Source: an uncultured Chloroflexia bacterium (GTDB lineage: Bacteria; Chloroflexota; Anaerolineae; Anaerolineales; Anaerolineaceae). From it: a stretch of DNA of 32,000 nt. Location of the stretch: the NCBI GenBank assembly GCA_963704755.1, contig OY969938.1, positions 4,590,001 through 4,622,000 of the forward strand, read 5' to 3'. The notes under the pieces are model-generated. The model searched no databases. It worked only from the letters and a program-made list of their open reading frames with translations, and was not told the DNA's origin. Positions 24,702 to 32,000 of this stretch are shown here, piece after piece; the stretch's first letter is position 1; every line of letters starts with the position of its first letter. The translations under genes were made by a program, and so were the position numbers.

Positions 24702-25760
24702 ATGAACTACCAGGGAGTATTGGCACGCTACCGAGACTTGATGGACATTCCCAGTCACACTGCCGAGGTGACTTTGTTGGAAGGAAACACGCCATTGATA
24801 CCGGTCCCCGGACTGGTCAAGGAACTCGGTGGGGGGTTTGATTTATGGGTAAAGTTCGAGGGGATGAACCCAACCGGCTCGTTCAAAGACCGCGGCATGA
24901 CCGTGGCGATCAGTGAGGCGGTGGGCAGAGGCGCAAAAGCGGTCATCTGCGCTTCGACCGGCAACACCGCCGCATCAGCCGCGGCATATGCGGCTCGATC
25001 CGAGCGACGCTGTATCGTGATTATCCCGCAGGGCAAAGTAGCCACAGGCAAACTGGCCGGGGCGATTGCCTACGGCGCTGAAGTCATCCAGATCCAGGGC
25101 TCCTTCGATGACGCCCTGAACCTGGTCGTGGAGATCAGCCAGAAACACCCAATCGCACTGGTCAATTCACTCAACCCATACCGGCTGGAAGGCCAGAAGA
25201 CCGCCGCCTTCGAGATTTGCGAGGTGTTGGGCAACGCGCCGGACTGGTTGTGTCTGCCGGTGGGTAACGCCGGGAATATCACTTCTTATTGGATGGGCTT
25301 TAAACAGTATCACCAGCAAAAATCGACCGGGCTGCCGCAAATTCTGGGCGCACAGGCGGCCGGGTCGGCGCCGCTGGTGATTGGCCATGCCGTCGATCAC
25401 CCCGAGACGGTGGCCACGGCGATCCGGATCGGCCGCCCGGCTCGCGGTGAGCAGGCACTCCAGGCAGCGGAAGAATCGAATGGCCGCATTATTGCTGTGA
25501 GTGATGAACAAATTTTGCATATGCAGCGCCGGTTGGCCGCCCAGGGCATATGGGTCGAGCCGGCCTCGGCCGCCGGTTTGGCCGGCTTAGCCGCCGAAAT
25601 CGAAGCCGGCAAAGTGAACCCGAGCGGCAAGCGGATCGTGGCAGTTTGCACCGGCCACGGGTTGAAGGATCCGGATATCATCGCCGGCCAGTTTGCGGCT
25701 CCACAAGTAATGCCGGCCGAAATTAGAGCCTTGGAAGACAAAATTCTGGAAGGGGATTGA
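24702..25760 (+). CDS. thrC: Threonine synthase
   Basis: It has the PLP-Lys motif NPTGSFKDRGMT and the motif CASTGNTAASAAAYAA. The start at 24702 (GGAGAAG RBS) is preferred over the ORF-track start at 24630. Confidence 0.93.
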   Translation: MNYQGVLARYRDLMDIPSHTAEVTLLEGNTPLIPVPGLVKELGGGFDLWVKFEGMNPTGSFKDRGMTVAISEAVGRGAKAVICASTGNTAASAAAYAARSERRCIVIIPQGKVATGKLAGAIAYGAEVIQIQGSFDDALNLVVEISQKHPIALVNSLNPYRLEGQKTAAFEICEVLGNAPDWLCLPVGNAGNITSYWMGFKQYHQQKSTGLPQILGAQAAGSAPLVIGHAVDHPETVATAIRIGRPARGEQALQAAEESNGRIIAVSDEQILHMQRRLAAQGIWVEPASAAGLAGLAAEIEAGKVNPSGKRIVAVCTGHGLKDPDIIAGQFAAPQVMPAEIRALEDKILEGD

Positions 25761-25763
25761 GCA

Positions 25764-26666
25764 ATGCAGCGTGTGACCGTCTGCGTACCGGCAACAACAG
25801 CCAACCTAGGTCCTGGTTTTGATTGCCTGGGACTGGCTCTTGATCTGTGGAACACCACCACCTTTACCTTTGGCGGCAGTGAAGTGCGCCTGCGCATCAA
25901 AGGAGAAGGGCGGGGGGTGCTCAGCGAGGACGAGAGTAACCTGGTGTACCGGGCGTTCAGCCGGGTGTGCTCGGTAGCCACGGCCACCCGGCCGCAGGGG
26001 ATCCTGATCGAATGTGAAAATAATATTCCCCTGTGCTCGGGGCTAGGTTCCAGCGCAGCCGCCACGCTGACCGGGCTGATCGGCGCAAATACGCTCCTGG
26101 GAAAGCCTCTGGAGCCGGCCGAGATACTGCGCATAGCCAACGAGCTGGAAGGCCACCCGGATAATGCTGCGGCGGCTTTGTACGGCGGCCTGGCGATTGT
26201 TTTGGCCGAAGGCGAACGCCTGATCGCCTACCCGGTGGAATGCGGTATATCTCAAGTTGTGGTGGTATTACCCGATTTCTCGTTCACGACGGCCGACGCC
26301 CGCGAGGCTTTACCCAAGGAAGTGGCGCTTAAGGATGTGGTTTATAACCTGGGCCGGACGGCCCTGGTGGTGGAGGCCATCCGCAGCGGAAATTACGAGG
26401 CATTGAAGCGCTCTGTCAGTGACCGGATCCACCAGCCCTATCGATTGAAGTTGATTCCCGGTGCAGCCGAGGCCATCCAGGCAGCCGCTCAATTGGATGC
26501 GCCGGCCGTTCTTTCCGGGGCCGGCCCTGCAGTGGTGGCGTTCCCTTACCGCTCGGTGGAGGATGTGCGCGAAGGCATGGTCAATGCTTTCAAAAACGCT
26601 GGCCTGGAAAGTCGTAGTTGGCTGTTGAACATATCTTCCCAGGGCGCCAACAGCGATGTGGATTAA
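25764..26666 (+). CDS. thrB: Homoserine kinase
   Basis: It has the GHMP kinase motif PLCSGLGSSAAA and a typical N-terminus VPATTANLGPGFD. It starts 4 nt after the thrC stop. Confidence 0.93.
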   Translation: MQRVTVCVPATTANLGPGFDCLGLALDLWNTTTFTFGGSEVRLRIKGEGRGVLSEDESNLVYRAFSRVCSVATATRPQGILIECENNIPLCSGLGSSAAATLTGLIGANTLLGKPLEPAEILRIANELEGHPDNAAAALYGGLAIVLAEGERLIAYPVECGISQVVVVLPDFSFTTADAREALPKEVALKDVVYNLGRTALVVEAIRSGNYEALKRSVSDRIHQPYRLKLIPGAAEAIQAAAQLDAPAVLSGAGPAVVAFPYRSVEDVREGMVNAFKNAGLESRSWLLNISSQGANSDVD

Positions 26667-26760
26667 TCCGCGGGCAAAGGGATTTGCTCTGGACAAAACG
26701 GCGGCCGTCTGTTAAAATAAGCGGTCGCAATTGGTCGCATGATTTTCTGGAGGAAGCATT

Positions 26761-27027
26761 TTGGCAAATATTAAGTCACAAATTAAGCGTAACAAGCAAA
26801 ATGAAAAACGTCGCTTGCGCAACCGTGTTGTTCGCGGTGCCACTCGTAAAGCGGTCGTGAAAGCACGCACGGCTATCGAAAGCGGTGAACAGGCTGTATC
26901 CCGCGAAGCTGTCATTATGGCAGTCAGTGCCCTGGATAAAGCTGCTGAAAAAGGCGTTATCCACAAAAATAACGCTGCCCGCCGTAAGAGTCGCTTGATG
27001 AAACGCCTGGCGACCTTAGAAGCCTGA
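26761..27027 (+). CDS. rpsT: 30S ribosomal protein S20 (TTG start)
   Basis: The protein begins MANIKSQIKRNKQNEKRRLRNR. It is 88 aa and basic. GGAGGA lies 12 nt upstream of the TTG. Confidence 0.93.
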   Translation: MANIKSQIKRNKQNEKRRLRNRVVRGATRKAVVKARTAIESGEQAVSREAVIMAVSALDKAAEKGVIHKNNAARRKSRLMKRLATLEA

Positions 27028-27063
27028 TTTATTTTTTCGCAACGTAATTGATCGACGAAATAC

Positions 27064-27087
27064 AGCGGGATCATGATCCCGCTTTTT
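27064..27087 (+). terminator. Intrinsic terminator after rpsT
   Basis: The palindrome agcgggatcatgatcccgct is followed by tttt. Confidence 0.75.
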
Positions 27088-27245
27088 CGTTTTAAAATGA
27101 CTTCTTTGTAAAGCGAATATTTAGGCGTTTTTGTGGCCTGACTTTCAAAGCCGGGTTACGGGGGCGAATAATTTTTGATCGATTGGCATAAATGAATGCC
27201 AGTTCTATAAAAAAATATCGTCTTCAACGATTTAATCTTTAGCCG

Positions 27246-27575
27246 GCGTTGAAGAGCGGCCTCGGTCTGGAGACCGGGCCGATCCACTTTTAGCGGGCAC
27301 ATTTTCCTATCCTTAGCTTCTTAAACTCCGTTTTTACTCTGTGGTCTCAGTGTGCTCTGTGGTTAATTTCTTTCCTTTCTGCGTCTCTGCGGTGAATACC
27401 CTTTGGAAAGCGTTGAAGAGCGGCCTCGGCCGAGGGTTGCGAAGGACCGGGCCGATCCGCTTTTACCAAACCTTTTTTCCTGTTCTCAATTACTTAAATT
27501 CTTTTTCTCCGTGTTCTCCGTGCCTCCGTGGTTAATTCTTCCTTCTCCTTTTCTCTGCGGTTACCTTCCTTTGCT
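27246..27575 (+). repeat. Two tandem ~164-bp units, each a GC hairpin followed by a pyrimidine-rich tract
   Basis: Unit 1 spans 27246-27409 and unit 2 spans 27410 to about 27575. Both begin gcgttgaagagcggcctcgg...ccgggccgatcc and end ...ctcYgtggttaattYcttYc...tctctgcggt. By-eye identity is about 70%. The pyrimidine tract resembles the right arms of elements A and B (taatttct, tttttactct). Confidence 0.75.
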
Positions 27576-27593
27576 GCTGAGCAGTTTAGGGCA

Positions 27594-27602
27594 TGATATA
27601 AT
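27594..27602 (+). promoter_or_regulatory. Extended -10 promoter TGATATAAT for argS, followed by a ~115-nt leader
   Basis: TGaTATAAT lies immediately downstream of the tandem repeats. The leader contains no T-box motif. Confidence 0.4.
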
Positions 27603-27723
27603 CTCCTGCGGATAATGCGGGTTTCCATCATCAAATAACCGGGCAAGAGCCACTTTTCCGGCAGCAGAACCACGAAAACCTCCGCCTTCGAGGCGAATTT
27701 CATCGATCAGGATTGCGCAAGCT

Positions 27724-29487
27724 ATGTTTGAGGCAGAACAAAACTTATTAGAAACGAAGATCCGCGAATTTTGCGAAAACAACCAGCTCCCGGAACCGGT
27801 TGTCCAATGGAAATGGATTCCTTTTAGCGGTCAATGGGGTATTTCGACTTCATTTTTCTCTCTGGCCGCCCAGGAAGCCCGCCAGGGGAAAAAGGTCAAC
27901 GTCAACCAGCGCGCCAACGAGTTGGCCCAACAGATCGCCGCTTACCTGGGGCAGCCGGACGGATTCGAAAAGCTCGAAGCGGTCAATGGCTACCTCAATC
28001 TTTTCTTCGAACAGGGCAGCTATGCCCGCCAGGTGATCGATACCGTATTCACCGAAGGGACCGGCTTTGGCCAGGGGAAAAACAGCGGCGAAAAGGTGAT
28101 GGTCGAGTTTTCGCAGCCCAACACCCATAAAGCCTTTCACGTGGGTCATTTGCGCAGCGCGATCCTGGGAGACGTCCTGTCGCGGCTGCTGGAATTTGCC
28201 GGTCACGACGTGGTTCGGGCGAATTATCCCGGCGATATGGGCCTGCATGTGATCAAATGGCTGTGGTGCTACCTGAACTTCCACAAGGGAGAGAAACCCG
28301 AGCACGACATCACCAAGTGGATGGGCCAGATTTACGCGGATGCTAACCGCCGCCTGGAAGCGGAACCGGAACGGGAAGCGGAAGTACGCGCGCTGTACGT
28401 CCGCTGGGACAAACGCGATCCCGAGATCGTATCCTTGTGGGAAGAGACCCGCCAGTGGTCGTTGGACGGCTTCAACGAGATCTACGAACTGCTGGATATC
28501 AAGTTCGACCGCTATTATTTCAACAGCCAGTGTGAACAGCCCGGTAAGGTGATCGTCCAGGACCTGATCGAACGAGGAATTGCCCAGGATGAGCGCCCGG
28601 AAGGCGCGGTGATCGTCAAGATTGACGAAGTTCTGAAACTGAAAAATGAAAAATACCGCGTGCTGGTGGTCTTGCGCTCAGATGGCACCGCCCTGTACGC
28701 GACCGAAGACCTGGCCCTAGCCCGCCAGAAATTTAGCGATTACCCGGACCTGAAACGCTCTTATTACGTGGTGGACGTGCGCCAATCGCTGCACTTCCAA
28801 CAGATTTTCAAAACACTCGAAATCGCCGGCTATCCCTGGGCCGGGGACTGCCAGCATATTCCTTATGAGCTGGTCAACCTGCCCGGCAATGTGGTCATGG
28901 CTTCGCGGGAAGGCACCGTAGTCCTGCTAGAAGACCTGATCCGCGAAGCGACTTCCCGAGCGCTGGAAGTGGTCAAGCAAAAGAACCCCGACCTGGACGC
29001 CGAGAAACAGGCCGCGATTGCCAGGGCGGTTGGGATTGGGGCGATCAAATACCCCATGCTGGCTCGTGAAAACACCAAGATCGTGACCTTCGACTGGGAA
29101 TCCGCATTGGATTTCAATGGCCAGGCCGCGCCTTATATCCAATACGCCTACGTGCGCGCCGGCAGCATCCTGCGCAAGAATAGCGGCGATCTGCCAGGGG
29201 ATATGGTCCCAGGCTATGATCTGGCTTCGCAAGAGGTCGAATTAATTAACATGATTGCTCGCCTGCCGAGTGAAGTACAACGCTCGGCGGCCGAGCTGCG
29301 GCCCTTATGGATCGCGACCTACGCTTATGAATTAGCCAAGTCATTTAATGATTTTTATACTCAATGTCCGGTCCTGCAGGCAGCAGAACCGGCGCGCAGC
29401 TTCCGTCTGCGCCTGGTTGCGGCAACTCGCCAGACGATCGCCAACAGTCTGGCTTTGCTGGGCATCACAGCCCCACAAGCGATGTGA
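27724..29487 (+). CDS. argS: Arginine--tRNA ligase
   Basis: 587 aa. It has the HIGH region SQPNTHKAFHVGHLRSAILGD and a DALR-type anticodon-binding C-terminus ending in M. Confidence 0.95.
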   Translation: MFEAEQNLLETKIREFCENNQLPEPVVQWKWIPFSGQWGISTSFFSLAAQEARQGKKVNVNQRANELAQQIAAYLGQPDGFEKLEAVNGYLNLFFEQGSYARQVIDTVFTEGTGFGQGKNSGEKVMVEFSQPNTHKAFHVGHLRSAILGDVLSRLLEFAGHDVVRANYPGDMGLHVIKWLWCYLNFHKGEKPEHDITKWMGQIYADANRRLEAEPEREAEVRALYVRWDKRDPEIVSLWEETRQWSLDGFNEIYELLDIKFDRYYFNSQCEQPGKVIVQDLIERGIAQDERPEGAVIVKIDEVLKLKNEKYRVLVVLRSDGTALYATEDLALARQKFSDYPDLKRSYYVVDVRQSLHFQQIFKTLEIAGYPWAGDCQHIPYELVNLPGNVVMASREGTVVLLEDLIREATSRALEVVKQKNPDLDAEKQAAIARAVGIGAIKYPMLARENTKIVTFDWESALDFNGQAAPYIQYAYVRAGSILRKNSGDLPGDMVPGYDLASQEVELINMIARLPSEVQRSAAELRPLWIATYAYELAKSFNDFYTQCPVLQAAEPARSFRLRLVAATRQTIANSLALLGITAPQAM

Positions 29488-29529
29488 AAAGATATCCCAT
29501 CTCATTCACATTCAAAGGAGAACCATTTT

Positions 29530-30849
29530 ATGACTACCCGTACGATCATTATGGGCGCCGCCGGAAGAGATTTCCACAATTTCAACGTCTTCTTCCGGGA
29601 TAACCCGGATTTTCAGGTGGTGGCATTCACTGCGACCCAGATTCCTAATATCGATGGTCGCCGCTACCCGGCCGAACTGGCCGGAAGCCTGTATCCGCAA
29701 GGAATCCCGATCTATCCGGAGAGTGAACTGGTAAACCTGATAAAGTCCACCCAAGCCGACCAGGTTGTATTTGCTTACAGTGACGTCCCGCACGAATACG
29801 TCATGCACAAGGCCTCGCTCGTGTTGGCCAGCGGCGCTGATTTTCACCTGATGGGCTTGAACACCACCCAAATCAAATCCAGTAAGCCGGTCGTTTCGGT
29901 TTGCGCAGTCCGCACTGGCTCTGGCAAAAGCCAGACGACCCGCAGGGTGTCGTTGATCCTGCGCGATATGGGCTATAAAGTGGCGGCCATTCGCCACCCC
30001 ATGCCTTATGGTGACCTGGTCAAACAGGCGGTTCAACGTTTTGCCGACTACAGCGACCTGGACAAGCATGACTGCACGATCGAGGAACGCGAGGAATATG
30101 AACCCCACCTGGATAACGGGGTGATCGTCTATGCCGGTGTGGATTACGAGAAGATTTTGCGCCAGGCCGAGCAAGAGGTCGATATCATCCTCTGGGACGG
30201 CGGCAACAACGATTTTTCATTCTATAAAGAGGACCTGTCTATTGTCGTGGCGGATCCGCATCGCGCCGGGCATGAACTCCGTTATCACCCCGGTGAAACC
30301 AACGTGCGCAAGGCGGATGTATTCGTGATCAACAAAGTGGATACGGCCAATGCTGACGCCGTTTTCAGCGTGCGCGAGAACTTGCATTCGGTTAACCCGA
30401 ATGCCGTGATCATCGAGGCCGCCTCCCCTCTGTTCGTGGACGACCCGGATGCCATCCGCGGTAAACGGGTGCTGGTCATCGAGGATGGCCCGACCCTGAC
30501 CCACGGCGAGATGACTTACGGGGCCGGCTGGGTCGCTGCGCGCCGCTTCGGTGCCGCTGAAATCGTCGATCCCCGTCCGTTCGCGGTCGGCTCGATCCAG
30601 GCGACCTACGCAAAATATTCCAAGACCGGCCCAATTCTGCCGGCAATGGGTTACGGGGCCGAGCAGATGCACGACCTGGAAGCCACAATCAATGATTCGG
30701 ATGTGGACATGGTTCTATCCGCCACGCCGATCGACCTGACCCGGGTGATCAAGGTGTCTAAACCCATGCAGCGCGTCCGTTACGAACTGCAGGAAATTGG
30801 CTACCCCACCCTGGAAGATGTTTTGAAGGAAAAGTTTGGGAAGGAATAA
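29530..30849 (+). CDS. COG2403-type P-loop protein (cyclic 2,3-diphosphoglycerate synthetase-like)
   Basis: 439 aa. The N-terminus IIMGAAGRDFHNFN, the P-loop CAVRTGSGKSQTT and the motif ILWDGGNND match my memory of the cDPG-synthetase/predicted-GTPase family. An AAGGAG RBS is present. Confidence 0.75.
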   Translation: MTTRTIIMGAAGRDFHNFNVFFRDNPDFQVVAFTATQIPNIDGRRYPAELAGSLYPQGIPIYPESELVNLIKSTQADQVVFAYSDVPHEYVMHKASLVLASGADFHLMGLNTTQIKSSKPVVSVCAVRTGSGKSQTTRRVSLILRDMGYKVAAIRHPMPYGDLVKQAVQRFADYSDLDKHDCTIEEREEYEPHLDNGVIVYAGVDYEKILRQAEQEVDIILWDGGNNDFSFYKEDLSIVVADPHRAGHELRYHPGETNVRKADVFVINKVDTANADAVFSVRENLHSVNPNAVIIEAASPLFVDDPDAIRGKRVLVIEDGPTLTHGEMTYGAGWVAARRFGAAEIVDPRPFAVGSIQATYAKYSKTGPILPAMGYGAEQMHDLEATINDSDVDMVLSATPIDLTRVIKVSKPMQRVRYELQEIGYPTLEDVLKEKFGKE

Positions 30850-31057
30850 GAGATAATGGAGAAAAGAGAGTAGAGAATAGTTGATCATGGATAAGGTGCC
30901 AGGGCTATAAGGCGATAGGCAAAGAGGAAAAGTGATCTGACTAAAGCGAGCAAGCCTTTTCACAAAATAATTCCTTAAGAATTGCTTTTTCACTTGTCGA
31001 CTGGTTACCTAATTTCCTTATAGACTTTTTTCTACTCTCTAATTTCTAATCTCTTCC
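30843..31057 (+). repeat. Purine-arm/pyrimidine-arm imperfect inverted-repeat element, copy B (~215 bp)
   Basis: The left arm is ggaataagagataatggagaaaagagagtagagaatagttgatcatggataagg...ctataaggcgatagg. The right arm is ...cctaatttccttatagacttttttctactctctaatttctaatctcttcc. The left end overlaps the upstream stop codon (30847-30849) and the right end stops 4 nt before the obg ATG. Confidence 0.7.
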
Positions 31058-31061
31058 TGCT

Positions 31062-32000
31062 ATGTTAATTGACGAAGCTGAAATCTACGTACAGTCTGGC
31101 AAAGGCGGAGATGGGTTTGTCCATTTCCACCGGGAGAAATACGTTAACCGGGGCGGCCCGGATGGTGGCGATGGCGGCCATGGCGCTGACGTGATCCTTG
31201 AGGTCGTGCCCACCCTGAATACGCTGGTCAACTTCCGCTTCAAGCGGAAGTATATTGCTCCCAGCGGTGAAAAAGGCGGAGTCAATAACATGACCGGCAA
31301 ATCAGCCGAGAACCTGGTGATCCAGGTTCCTCCCGGCACAATTGTGCACGACGCGGACAGTGGTGAGCTGTTAGGTGACCTGACCGAACCGCACCAGCAG
31401 TTGACCGTGTGTAAAGGCGGCCGCGGCGGCCGCGGCAACACTCATTTTGCCACCTCGCGCGACCAGGCCCCGCGTACCGCCGAAAAAGGTGTGCCGGCCG
31501 AGCAACACAACCTGCGCCTGGAGCTGAAGTTGATCGCCGATATCGGCATTGTCGGCGTACCCAATGCGGGTAAATCCAGCCTGCTGGCAGCCGTGACGAA
31601 CGCGAACCCAAAAATTGCCGACTACCCCTTCACCACTCTGGAGCCCAACCTGGGCGTGGCCGAGCTGGATTTAGACACCAGCCTGGTCCTGGCCGATATT
31701 CCCGGGTTGATCGAAGGCGCCCACCATGGGGTGGGGTTGGGTGATTCATTTTTGCGCCACATCCAGCGGACCCGTGTGCTTATCCACGTGTTGGACGGCA
31801 TGTCCGAAGATCCACTGGCGGATTATTCACAGATCAACACCGAACTGGCCCTGTTCGACCCCGACCTGGCGCGTAAACCGGTACTGGTGGCGTTGAATAA
31901 ATTCGACATGCCCGAAGTGCAGCAGCGCTGGCCCGAAATCCAAAAAGTGCTGAAGTCCAAAGGGGTCAACGACCCCATGTGTATATCGGCCCTGGCACGC
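31062..32000 (+). CDS. obg: GTPase Obg/CgtA, N-terminal 313 codons (3' end outside window)
   Basis: I translated this myself; it is absent from the ORF track because no stop falls in the window. The sequence reads MLIDEAEIYVQSGKGGDGFVHFHREKYVNRGGPDGGDGGHGADV..., followed by the G1 motif GVPNAGKSSLL, ADYPFTTLEPNLGV, DIPGLIEGA and NKFD. Confidence 0.93.
   Translation, partial: MLIDEAEIYVQSGKGGDGFVHFHREKYVNRGGPDGGDGGHGADVILEVVPTLNTLVNFRFKRKYIAPSGEKGGVNNMTGKSAENLVIQVPPGTIVHDADSGELLGDLTEPHQQLTVCKGGRGGRGNTHFATSRDQAPRTAEKGVPAEQHNLRLELKLIADIGIVGVPNAGKSSLLAAVTNANPKIADYPFTTLEPNLGVAELDLDTSLVLADIPGLIEGAHHGVGLGDSFLRHIQRTRVLIHVLDGMSEDPLADYSQINTELALFDPDLARKPVLVALNKFDMPEVQQRWPEIQKVLKSKGVNDPMCISALAR

Noticed and set aside
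27246-27575. Possible CRISPR array
   Set aside because: There are only two units of ~164 bp arranged head to tail with no short repeat/spacer periodicity. No cas genes are present.
1-32000. Defence system, prophage, integron, retron/DGR or toxin-antitoxin module
   Set aside because: The translations contain no reverse transcriptase, integrase, nuclease/helicase pair, cas gene, phage structural gene or small paired ORFs. All large ORFs are explained by housekeeping or common accessory families.

Overview
This window is densely coding and dominated by housekeeping genes. In order: a pyrimidine-nucleoside phosphorylase 3' fragment, T-box-controlled ileS, an FHA-domain membrane protein, an AI-2E-type transporter, a small acidic ORF, an NBR1-like lipoprotein interrupted by an in-frame TAA, PGI/PMI and a CydD/CydC-type ABC exporter pair. 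On the minus strand follow a CpXC zinc-ribbon protein, a GAF-PAS histidine kinase, a class-III aminotransferase and a ROK glucokinase. Back on the plus strand: a YvcK-like protein, gap, pgk, a Haem_bd-type protein, thrC-thrB, rpsT, argS, a COG2403/cyclic-2,3-diphosphoglycerate-synthetase-like P-loop protein and the 5' part of obg. The protein sequences and the promoter style (many TGnTATAAT extended -10 boxes, several apparently leaderless genes) suggest a Chloroflexota/Anaerolineae-like bacterium; this is inference only and was not checked. I found no tRNA, rRNA, CRISPR array, prophage, transposase gene or recognisable defence island, and no convincing novel multi-gene protein system. The unusual content is non-coding and sits in almost every intergenic gap. 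(1) A MITE family has GTAACTRCTCAGGC termini, and three of its copies carry perfect 8-bp target-site duplications. (2) There are many long perfect palindromes, with stems of 18-27 bp and loops of 1-9 nt (mostly 3). Their sequences differ but their architecture is the same, and related copies show compensatory substitutions. (3) A second repeat family has a purine-rich left arm and a pyrimidine-rich right arm; there are two full copies plus a tandem pair of half-elements, each just upstream of a plus-strand gene. (4) A ~175-nt structured sRNA candidate with 6S-like architecture lies after ileS. All homology calls come from reading the translations and from memory of family motifs. No database search was run.
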